Notes under the pieces: model-generated | Told to the model about the DNA's origin: nothing | The model's database searches: none | Seen by the model: the letters and a program-made list of their open reading frames with translations, nothing else | DNA from: an uncultured Thermococci archaeon | Lineage (GTDB): Archaea > Methanobacteriota_B > Thermococci > Methanofastidiosales > B48-G16 | Length of the DNA: 64,000 nt | Direction: 5' to 3' | Assembly: GCA_964595645.1 (NCBI GenBank) | Contig: CAZQQT010000001.1 | Coordinates: 192,001-256,000 of the forward strand | Made by a program: the position numbers and the translations under genes | Shown here: piece by piece, positions 40,844 to 48,541 of the stretch | Position numbering within the stretch: the stretch's first letter is position 1 | Layout: each line of letters starts with the position of its first letter

Positions 40844-42418
40844 ATGAGCAAGGTAGTAAAAAAAAGCGTACCCTTACTTCTTATCATATTTCTTTTGGCA
40901 GATGTGGGGATAGGTGCATATATATTTACCAAAACAACGAGAGAAAAAACTCCAGAAGGTTCATTTCCTTTAAGGGGTGTTGACTTTTTCGATCTCTCGA
41001 GTGGGGGAGAAGTGGCAGCTATCGGGTATAAAAATACTGTTTCATATCTTCAAATGAACAAACGAGAAAATCTCTGGGAGTATACGCTGGACTCTGAGGT
41101 AACCGCTGTATCTATCTCTTCCAATACAAAATTTGTTGCGACGAGTGACGCGAATAATAATCTGTATCTTATTTTTAGAGGAGTACGAAATAATCCAAAT
41201 TTAATTTTTAAACAGAGTATAGATAAAAAGATAGAAAAATTGGATCTTTATTGCGTAGGAGATTATTTTTACGTCCTTAGACTTGTCGTATTTACCAAAG
41301 ATAGTATTTATCTCTTCTCTCTCGATGAAAAAGGACCTTTATGGTCATATACATTGGAAGAGGAAATTACTACTCCCAAACTATCATACAACGGAAAATG
41401 GATTGTTGCAGGTACAGCTAGTGGGAATTTATATCTTTTTTCCACGTTCAAGCAAGAGCTTACCAAGGAATACTCTTTAAACTCCGAAATAACCTCTCTT
41501 TCAATTTCTCCATATGGCGATAATATTTTCGTAGGATGCAAAAATGGCTCAGCGTTCATGATGTCCTCTGAAAAAGGGCTTCTATGGCAGAAAAACATGG
41601 ATTCTAAGGTAGTATTTACCTCCACGAATATAAAAGGAAGAAAGTCTTTTCTGAAGACAAAAAACGGTAACTTTTTCCTTTTCAATGAAGAGGGAGACAT
41701 AATAAGAACATTTAAAAATGAGAAAGCCGTTCCTCACTTCTCTCAGTGGACCTCAAATTTTGTTCTTGTGGAGGGAGCCACATTGAGATACTTCAAGGAG
41801 GACAGAGAAACTCCTGTGTGGGTGTACCGGGGAGATACTCCTCCACGTAAAGTATCGTCAAATATGGCGTTTGATGAGATCCTTGCGGTCTATGATACCA
41901 ATTTTGATCTTTTTACGAAAGACTATGTACTTATTCTCGGTTCCAGAGAAGCATGGAGCCTTCTTGCAATTCTCGTACTTCTGCAGGTAGCCATCTGCCT
42001 TTATCTTCCTAGAAAAGAGATGATCGATATACAGGGATTTATAAAAAGCCAAGATTTTAGAGATATCCTCATATCTACAGTTATCGGTGGTGCTGTCGGA
42101 GTAGCATTTGTCTATCGATTCATGAAAACCTATGTCCCCGAAATAATTGTGCTGGTGATAGCTGTGAGCATATTCTCCAGCTGGAACTATATAATATCTG
42201 AAAAAGGAAAGGCAGGTATTATTTTGGGCTGGATTTACGGTGTTTTTGCATCAGTGATTTTGGGAGCGCTTATAGGAATTTTTATGTGGTTAGGAGGCAC
42301 TGAACAGTCCATATTTACTACTATGGCCGTATACGCATTTGTAGGTGTTTTTACAGGTATACTCATTGGATTGGTTGCGGCAGTAGCTACTGCTGTGGTA
42401 GATTCTTTTTTTGAGTAG
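40844..42418 (+). CDS. WD40/PQQ-like beta-propeller membrane protein with C-terminal TM bundle
   Basis: Repeats LWEYTLDSEVTAVSIS, LWSYTLEEEITTPKLS, YSLNSEITSLSIS; one N-terminal and about 5 C-terminal TMs. Confidence 0.75.
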   Translation: MSKVVKKSVPLLLIIFLLADVGIGAYIFTKTTREKTPEGSFPLRGVDFFDLSSGGEVAAIGYKNTVSYLQMNKRENLWEYTLDSEVTAVSISSNTKFVATSDANNNLYLIFRGVRNNPNLIFKQSIDKKIEKLDLYCVGDYFYVLRLVVFTKDSIYLFSLDEKGPLWSYTLEEEITTPKLSYNGKWIVAGTASGNLYLFSTFKQELTKEYSLNSEITSLSISPYGDNIFVGCKNGSAFMMSSEKGLLWQKNMDSKVVFTSTNIKGRKSFLKTKNGNFFLFNEEGDIIRTFKNEKAVPHFSQWTSNFVLVEGATLRYFKEDRETPVWVYRGDTPPRKVSSNMAFDEILAVYDTNFDLFTKDYVLILGSREAWSLLAILVLLQVAICLYLPRKEMIDIQGFIKSQDFRDILISTVIGGAVGVAFVYRFMKTYVPEIIVLVIAVSIFSSWNYIISEKGKAGIILGWIYGVFASVILGALIGIFMWLGGTEQSIFTTMAVYAFVGVFTGILIGLVAAVATAVVDSFFE

Positions 42419-42427
42419 TGGTCCCCT

Positions 42428-43240
42428 ATGAAGAAAACTGCAGTATATAAGGATATGTTGAAGCTCATTGCAATATCATTATTTATTGTTTTCTTCATCT
42501 TTGTCCTCGGAGGATCCTTCAACCCACTAATTTGGAAACAGCAGTGTATGAGAAGATTGCAGCCCTCTATTCTGGTGAGGCCAGACTCTTCCGCAATAAA
42601 TGAATTAAACGAGGAATTTAATCAATCATATGATCATATATTTATTTTAGGGAGAGGAGAACTATATAGAAAATTTTATGGTGACAGCCTGAATTCAGAA
42701 GTAGAGAGTAATTTTTATTTCGATGAGCTCATAATCGAACTATCTTATAGGTACATTCTCTCCCAAGTCACCTATGAGGAAGATATCAGGAACCATTATA
42801 GTTTGGATCATCTCGCGACGCCTTCAGAAGTTCTGGAAAAGGGGGCAGATGACTGTGATGGACAGGCGGTTCTCATTACGTCTCTGTTGAGACATCGCGG
42901 ATATAATGCTTTTGTAGTAATGGGATATTCTCACGTGTGGGCAGAGGTTCTCCTGGATGATACTGTTCTTACCATAAATAATCCCAAGAACTACACAGAA
43001 TGGTACTGCAAGTTCAATGAAAACACTGTTCAGTGGAATTTTTATCGCTTTTTCTATCTTTTTACAGGATTTTTTCTTTTAGTTTTTTCTCCCCTCGCCG
43101 CTGTCTACTTCTCCTACAAAAGAAACGTCATTGAGCATATTCTTGAATACATGTATTTTTTTAGATATATTCTCGTGCTACTCGCTGCCTTCCTCTTATT
43201 CATTTTTATTGTCTTTGGTACTATACGTATCATTATGTAA
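42428..43240 (+). CDS. Membrane-bound transglutaminase-like cysteine protease
   Basis: TPSEVL..GADDCDGQA..SHVWAEV; TMs at both ends. Confidence 0.78.
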   Translation: MKKTAVYKDMLKLIAISLFIVFFIFVLGGSFNPLIWKQQCMRRLQPSILVRPDSSAINELNEEFNQSYDHIFILGRGELYRKFYGDSLNSEVESNFYFDELIIELSYRYILSQVTYEEDIRNHYSLDHLATPSEVLEKGADDCDGQAVLITSLLRHRGYNAFVVMGYSHVWAEVLLDDTVLTINNPKNYTEWYCKFNENTVQWNFYRFFYLFTGFFLLVFSPLAAVYFSYKRNVIEHILEYMYFFRYILVLLAAFLLFIFIVFGTIRIIM

Positions 43241-43281
43241 CCCTAGAAAGGTATTAAAACGATCCCACACATCTACATACA

Positions 43282-43629
43282 ATGTTTGATTTTGAGTATG
43301 ATCCGAATGGGGATGGCATTGAGAAGATTCTAGGACGTCTGGAAGGAAGAATAATGGAGATTATGTGGGAGAAAGAGAAGGCTACAGCTAAGGAGATATT
43401 TGAAGCTCTCGATATAGGGAAGCGATCCAGTGTGAGTATTCTCCTCAAACGTCTCTGTGAAAAGGGTCTGCTTTCCCGTGAACAAGAGGTAGCCAAGGGA
43501 GGTACCCGGTACGTGTATTCGGTGAAAATAGATAAAGTAACATTCGAGAGGCATGTGGTTCAGAAAGTAATGGATTCACTCATGGAAACATTTGGGGATC
43601 GAGTAAAAGAGTATTTAGAGGAGCGTTAG
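43282..43629 (+). CDS. BlaI/MecI/CopY family repressor
   Basis: LGRLEGRIMEIMW..LKRLCEKGLL.R..YVY. Confidence 0.85.
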   Translation: MFDFEYDPNGDGIEKILGRLEGRIMEIMWEKEKATAKEIFEALDIGKRSSVSILLKRLCEKGLLSREQEVAKGGTRYVYSVKIDKVTFERHVVQKVMDSLMETFGDRVKEYLEER

Positions 43630-44145
43630 GTTATCCTCATTGAGATAGGTGCATGTTTTTTTGTATGCGATGCTTTCTAACGGTCTTTTTTCCTTTATCA
43701 GACGCATGATCTTTTCAATTGTTTTTTCTATAGAAGTATTTTCTATTTCAAATACTTTTTCAGGATCATTATGTTCCGCAGCAGAGACAAGGCAGGAGTC
43801 AAGTATTTCTGCCAAGAGGTTTTCTCGTACTTTCTTTGGACCAAATTTTTTTTCCAGACGAGTCTTCAGCATTTGGGGCGGACACCGCAGTACAAAGGTA
43901 ATATCGGGATCGAGCTGTTCGGCGTAATGGCCGTCAAATACTACGTTGTCCATATCTCTTACGATGTTCTTGAGCGATTCTTCATCGACAACTCTCGTAT
44001 TTCTCTCTGCATCCTCTTCAACTGCCAGTCCGTGGTTTTCTGCGAACTTACCGAGATTAATGTAGCGATACTCCAGTTTCTCAGCAATTATTTGTGCCAT
44101 TGTTGTCTTTCCCGTACCCGGTGTTCCTGTTACTGCAATTCTCAT
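43615..44145 (-). CDS. Adenylate kinase, AK6/Fap7 (hCINAP) family
   Basis: IAVTGTPGTGKTT, FDGH, LRC.P..L..RL, KVRENL.AE; start after AAAGGTGA. Confidence 0.9.
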   Translation of the reverse strand: MRIAVTGTPGTGKTTMAQIIAEKLEYRYINLGKFAENHGLAVEEDAERNTRVVDEESLKNIVRDMDNVVFDGHYAEQLDPDITFVLRCPPQMLKTRLEKKFGPKKVRENLLAEILDSCLVSAAEHNDPEKVFEIENTSIEKTIEKIMRLIKEKRPLESIAYKKTCTYLNEDNLTLL

Positions 44146-44163
44146 TGTTTTTTCACCTTTAAC

Positions 44164-44225
44164 TATGCGTGCATGATTGCACTGTCTCCCATTTACGGAT
44201 TTCTTCCAGTGTGTTCCACCATACA
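44164..44225 (-). ncRNA. Candidate K-turn hairpin RNA (H/ACA-guide-like or cis leader) upstream of AK6
   Basis: UGUAUGGU/AUCAUGCA stem, internal loop, CACUG/CAGUG stem, GAA bulge + GA/GA, terminal AUA. Confidence 0.45.
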
Positions 44226-44251
44226 ACCAATACATTTTTATAAAATTCGTA

Positions 44252-44265
44252 ATAAAAAGCTATCG
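44252..44265 (-). promoter_or_regulatory. BRE-TATA promoter (CGATAGCTTTTTAT)
   Basis: Identical 14-mer to 47247-47260. Confidence 0.55.
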
Positions 44266-44266
44266 T

Positions 44267-45472
44267 ATGATGGCATTCGTGTATGTAGTCGCAATTTTTT
44301 CCTTTGCCTTAATTTTCGGCGAGTTAGCTGAAAGATACAATCAGCCAAACGTTATTGGCGAGCTCCTTGGAGGTATTGTAGCAGGGCCTGTGGCCCATAC
44401 AGTTTGCTCCCTCGTTCTTTCTCCTAACCACTCTTTTTTTGAGTACTGGGATCCCACGGTAATCGAGGGTGAGATAAGAGTTCTCATTGATATAGGAATG
44501 GTCATGGTCATGCTGATCGCGGGACTCGGTACCGATCTGGAGGACCTTGTCTCTTCTGGAAGATATTCCATACCTCCTGCCGTTCTCGGTGTTGTTGTTC
44601 CAATGGGCATTGGATATACCATAGGTATATATTTTGGGTATTCACAGATTACCGCTCTTTTTATAGGGGCATCACTTTCCATCACTGCGGTGGCCGTGAG
44701 TGCCAAGACGCTGCTAGATCTGAAAGAGTTGCAGAGCAGAATTGGGACAACAATCCTTGGCGCTGCAATTATCGATGATATCCTCGGTCTCATAATTCTT
44801 TCTCTTTTAGTCAGTCTTATTCAAGGTGAAACGTTTTCTTCTTTAGAAATCCTCAAAATTCTTGCGAAATCTATTGGCTTTTTGTATGGCAGTGTGAAGA
44901 TTGGGGGATATCTTCTTCCACGATTTTTAAAGTACAGAACAAAATTTGGAAAGGAACTGAGGCTTGGCATGATCCTCTTCGCCATGCTCATTTTTTCGAT
45001 TCTAGCACGAATATGCGGGCTCCATGAAATGATAGGAGCGTTTATCGTTGGATTACTCCTAAAAAAAGTGCTCACAGAAGCAGAGATAGACAACCTTGTC
45101 ACCTGGGGACTTGGGTTTTTCACCCCATTGTTCTTCGGATGGATAGGGTTCTCCGTTACATTTTCGGCTGTGTTCAGTGCACTTATGTGGGTCATCCTCG
45201 CAGCGGCAATTATAGGAAAAGTTTTCGGTTGCGGTTTGGGTGCTCGAATTGGCGGGCTCTCTTCCAGAGAGAGCGCGGCTGTCGGGATCGGCATGAATGG
45301 AAGAGGTGCAGTGGAACTTGTACTTGCGGGAATCGGACTGGAGTTTGGAGTAATCAAACAAGATCTTTTTTCTTCTATTGTATTTATGGCGTTTTTCACG
45401 ACATTGCTCACACCAATGCTTTTAAAAATGGTGTTCAGATCAACAGAAAAAGATAAAAAGATGGAAACGTGA
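44267..45472 (+). CDS. Cation:proton antiporter (CPA2)
   Basis: IGELLGG, AGL.TD, SITAVAVS, GAAIIDD, GMNGRG. Confidence 0.9.
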   Translation: MMAFVYVVAIFSFALIFGELAERYNQPNVIGELLGGIVAGPVAHTVCSLVLSPNHSFFEYWDPTVIEGEIRVLIDIGMVMVMLIAGLGTDLEDLVSSGRYSIPPAVLGVVVPMGIGYTIGIYFGYSQITALFIGASLSITAVAVSAKTLLDLKELQSRIGTTILGAAIIDDILGLIILSLLVSLIQGETFSSLEILKILAKSIGFLYGSVKIGGYLLPRFLKYRTKFGKELRLGMILFAMLIFSILARICGLHEMIGAFIVGLLLKKVLTEAEIDNLVTWGLGFFTPLFFGWIGFSVTFSAVFSALMWVILAAAIIGKVFGCGLGARIGGLSSRESAAVGIGMNGRGAVELVLAGIGLEFGVIKQDLFSSIVFMAFFTTLLTPMLLKMVFRSTEKDKKMET

Positions 45473-45481
45473 GGATACGTA

Positions 45482-46030
45482 ATGTCTATCAAGGAACGAT
45501 TTTTGCGGCACACCAAAGAAGAGTTAAAAAAGATGCTTGAGGATACCGAGCTTCACAAAGAAGTAAAAGGAAAAAAACCTTCACAAAGAAAAAAAGTACG
45601 ATTTCCAGAGCGGATGAGGGTAAAGGATATCATGAAGGAACCGATAGAGATTAACAAGGATAAAACACTTAAAGATCTCCTTGTCCTTCTAAAAGAAACA
45701 GGAAAAACATGTTTTGTGGTCGTGGATGATGAAGGTGAACTTGAAGGACTAGTCACTGAAAGCGACATCTTAAAGGTGATTAAAAAACCAAAAAAGAAGA
45801 CAGGTATTGGTGGCATCGGGTACAAAGGACTCCTCTTCAGAACAGCAGAGACTGTTGAGGATATTATGACGAGAAAACCAATCCATATCAGATCAGACTG
45901 TAAGATCGAGGAGGCCGCAAGCATCATGAGAGATTACAAAATACGACATCTCCCTGTGATTGACGATGGTGAAATAGTGGGGTCGATCGATTTAAAAGAC
46001 ATACTGTTAGTATTGCGAATCCTCATATAG
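45482..46030 (+). CDS. CBS-pair protein
   Basis: VKDIM, GLVTESD, VEDIMT, IRHLPV. Confidence 0.88.
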   Translation: MSIKERFLRHTKEELKKMLEDTELHKEVKGKKPSQRKKVRFPERMRVKDIMKEPIEINKDKTLKDLLVLLKETGKTCFVVVDDEGELEGLVTESDILKVIKKPKKKTGIGGIGYKGLLFRTAETVEDIMTRKPIHIRSDCKIEEAASIMRDYKIRHLPVIDDGEIVGSIDLKDILLVLRILI

Positions 46031-46038
46031 GCGAGAAC

Positions 46039-47169
46039 ATGAACCTCATTGTAACGGTAATTTTATTCCTTGTATTTGCAAAAATTGGTGAGGAGATTGC
46101 AGAACGAGTAAGAATGCCCCCAGTAATGGGTGAACTCGCCGCGGGAATTATTATAGGTCCTTCCATTCTCGGTATTGTGAGCCCTTCCGAGTTTACCGAG
46201 ACGCTTGGCAATATCGGAATCATCGTGCTTCTTTTCTTAGCAGGCCTCGATACTGATATCTCCGATCTACGAAAATCGGGGAAAGCTTCCTTTCTTTCTG
46301 CGATTGGAGGAGTTGTTTTTCCTATGGTCCTTGGGTTTGCGGCGGCCATTCTTCTTGGATTTCCTCAAAGAGAGAGTATTTTTGTAGGTGCGGTTCTGAT
46401 CGCTACAAGCGTCGGTATTACGGTACGTACACTCATTGACATGAAAAAACTGGAGACGGATGTGGGAATGACCGTGCTTGGTGCTGCAGTGATCGACGAT
46501 GTGATTGGTATTGTGACGCTCACGGTGCTTGGGAGTCTCACCGCCTTTTCTCTTCTTGGTGTGTTTGGAATAATAGGAAAAACACTGTTATTTTTTGCAC
46601 TTTCGCTCTATCTTGGGTTCAAATTCATGCCGTGGATAATGAACAGAGTTCAACGGCTCCATTCTCCCGAGGCGCTTCTCTCCTTTTCATTGATTTTTGT
46701 GCTCGGTATATCTCTCATCGCTGAGAATGTAGGCATTTCAATGATAGTAGGGGCTTTTTTTGCGGGATTAATATTGCACAGGGTTGGTCAAAAAGAGATG
46801 ATCAGCGAAAAAATGTACTCCATCGGATATTCACTTTTTATTCCCTTTTTCTTTGTCAATATTGGCGTGGAAACAAATTTGGGAACTGTATCCAATGTGT
46901 GGCTGCTGGCGCTGACACTTACCATCATTGCCGTGGCAAGTAAGATTATGGGCAGCGGACTTGGAGCAAAATTGGGGGGATTCAGCTACGGTGACTCTGT
47001 GAGGGTAGGAATCGGGATGATACCACGAATGGAGGTTGCGCTAATTATTGCACGGACAGGATTAAACAAAGGTGTGATAGGAGAATCGGTCTTTTCCGTT
47101 ACGATCATTTTAGTAATTGTGACGACACTCATCACGCCTCTCCTTCTCAAACTGGCATTTAAAAAGTAG
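46039..47169 (+). CDS. Cation:proton antiporter (CPA2, NapA-like)
   Basis: GELAAG, ATSVGIT, GAAVIDD, GMIPRME. Confidence 0.92.
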   Translation: MNLIVTVILFLVFAKIGEEIAERVRMPPVMGELAAGIIIGPSILGIVSPSEFTETLGNIGIIVLLFLAGLDTDISDLRKSGKASFLSAIGGVVFPMVLGFAAAILLGFPQRESIFVGAVLIATSVGITVRTLIDMKKLETDVGMTVLGAAVIDDVIGIVTLTVLGSLTAFSLLGVFGIIGKTLLFFALSLYLGFKFMPWIMNRVQRLHSPEALLSFSLIFVLGISLIAENVGISMIVGAFFAGLILHRVGQKEMISEKMYSIGYSLFIPFFFVNIGVETNLGTVSNVWLLALTLTIIAVASKIMGSGLGAKLGGFSYGDSVRVGIGMIPRMEVALIIARTGLNKGVIGESVFSVTIILVIVTTLITPLLLKLAFKK

Positions 47170-47246
47170 TATAGTGTGGAATGAAGTCGCAACTTTTTTA
47201 AATGAGTATCTTTTGTTGTATCATGGTTCCCTACAGCACTTGAAAC

Positions 47247-47260
47247 CGATAGCTTTTTAT
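47247..47260 (+). promoter_or_regulatory. BRE-TATA promoter of the rpl7ae operon
   Basis: CGATAGCTTTTTAT ending 65 nt upstream of the start codon. Confidence 0.55.
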
Positions 47261-47285
47261 GCGAATCTGAAGTTTTTATACGTAA

Positions 47286-47318
47286 CACCAACGGATAACA
47301 AAAATGAAGGATGAGGTG
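47286..47318 (+). promoter_or_regulatory. Candidate L7Ae autoregulatory K-turn in the rpl7ae leader
   Basis: CACCAACGGAU...AUGAAGGAUGAGGUG; GA/GA elements overlapping the SD. Confidence 0.4.
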
Positions 47319-47325
47319 AAATAAA

Positions 47326-47673
47326 ATGGAAGTACCAAAAGACATGATAAATAGAGCATATGAGATATTAGAGACTGCACGAGATACTGGGAAGGTTGCG
47401 AAAGGCACAAATGAGACGACTAAAAGAATCGACAGAGGAGATGCTGTTTTTGTATATATTGCGGAGGATGTTCAACCGAAGGAGATCGTTGTCCATCTTC
47501 CCATCATCTGCGATGAAAAGTCTGTGCCGTATATTCACGTGCCCAGAAAGGATGAACTTGGAAATGCAGCAGGAATAGGCGTGCCTGCAGCATCTGTATG
47601 CATTGTTGATCCAGGCAAGGATAAGAAACGGCTGGATCAGTTAGTAAAAAAGCTTAATGAGTTAAAAGAGTGA
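47326..47673 (+). CDS. rpl7ae: 50S ribosomal protein L7Ae
   Basis: [21 protein letters not shown]. Confidence 0.97.
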   Translation: MEVPKDMINRAYEILETARDTGKVAKGTNETTKRIDRGDAVFVYIAEDVQPKEIVVHLPIICDEKSVPYIHVPRKDELGNAAGIGVPAASVCIVDPGKDKKRLDQLVKKLNELKE

Positions 47674-47677
47674 TACC

Positions 47678-47890
47678 ATGGCAGATGAAGGGATCCCTGC
47701 AGAGGTCATCGAGGTGAGGGCAAGAACTGGAGTGACTGGAGAGGTATTCCAGGTGAAGTGCAAGGTACTCTCTGGAGGAGATGAAGGGAGAATCCTCACC
47801 CGAAATGTGAAGGGACCTGTAGAGACTGGAGATGTACTGATGCTGCGCGAGACAGAGAGAGAAGCACGAGAAATCAAGGCTCCGAGGTGA
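47678..47890 (+). CDS. rps28e: 30S ribosomal protein S28e
   Basis: [22 protein letters not shown]. Confidence 0.97.
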   Translation: MADEGIPAEVIEVRARTGVTGEVFQVKCKVLSGGDEGRILTRNVKGPVETGDVLMLRETEREAREIKAPR

Positions 47891-47895
47891 TATAG

Positions 47896-48096
47896 ATGCC
47901 TAGAACGCGAATTTGTTCATTTTGTGGTAAAGAGATCGAACCTGGAACCGGAAAGATGTATGTAAAGAAAGATGGAACCGTACTTACGTTCTGTTCCTCC
48001 AAATGTGAGAAAAACATGATCAAGCTCAATAGAAAACCGCGGAAGGTGGAATGGACAAAAGACTACAGGAAAGAGAAGGAACTGAGGGTGAAATGA
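47896..48096 (+). CDS. rpl24e: 50S ribosomal protein L24e
   Basis: [18 protein letters not shown]. Confidence 0.97.
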   Translation: MPRTRICSFCGKEIEPGTGKMYVKKDGTVLTFCSSKCEKNMIKLNRKPRKVEWTKDYRKEKELRVK

Positions 48097-48097
48097 G

Positions 48098-48541
48098 ATG
48101 GAACGAACACTGGTGCTTGTTAAACCGGATGGCGTATTACGTGGGCTGATCGGAGAATCTCTGACACGAATCGAACAGAAAAACTTGAAGATCGTGGCAA
48201 TGAAGATGGTGCAGATCAGTGATGAGATGGCAGAGGAACATTACAAAGAACACACAGAAAAGCCGTTTTTCGGTGATCTCATTGAGTATATCACTCTTGC
48301 GCCAGTAGTTGCCATGGTGGTTGAGGGAAGGAATGCGATACCGATCATGCGAATACTGGCAGGAAGCACAGACCCAGAAGAGGCAGCACCCGGAAGCATC
48401 CGAGGGGATTTTGGGTTCAACACACCAAAGTATATGTGCAACGTTGTCCACGCATCGGACTCTCCTGCCTCGGCAAAACGGGAGATAGATCTGTTCTTTG
48501 ACGAGGAAGAGATTCTCGAGCATGAAAGTATTGTGATCTGA
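48098..48541 (+). CDS. ndk: Nucleoside diphosphate kinase
   Basis: KPDG, GSIRGDF, NVVHASDS. Confidence 0.97.
   Translation: MERTLVLVKPDGVLRGLIGESLTRIEQKNLKIVAMKMVQISDEMAEEHYKEHTEKPFFGDLIEYITLAPVVAMVVEGRNAIPIMRILAGSTDPEEAAPGSIRGDFGFNTPKYMCNVVHASDSPASAKREIDLFFDEEEILEHESIVI

Noticed and set aside
44146-44266. N-terminal extensions of the AK6 (to 44235) and antiporter (from 44177) ORFs
   Set aside because: Better starts at 44145 (with SD) and 44267; the extensions would overlap each other and the promoters.
44267-44280. Fluoride-riboswitch-like AUGAUGGCAUUCGU at the antiporter start
   Set aside because: Lacks the downstream UGAUG/pseudoknot half and coincides with the start codons.
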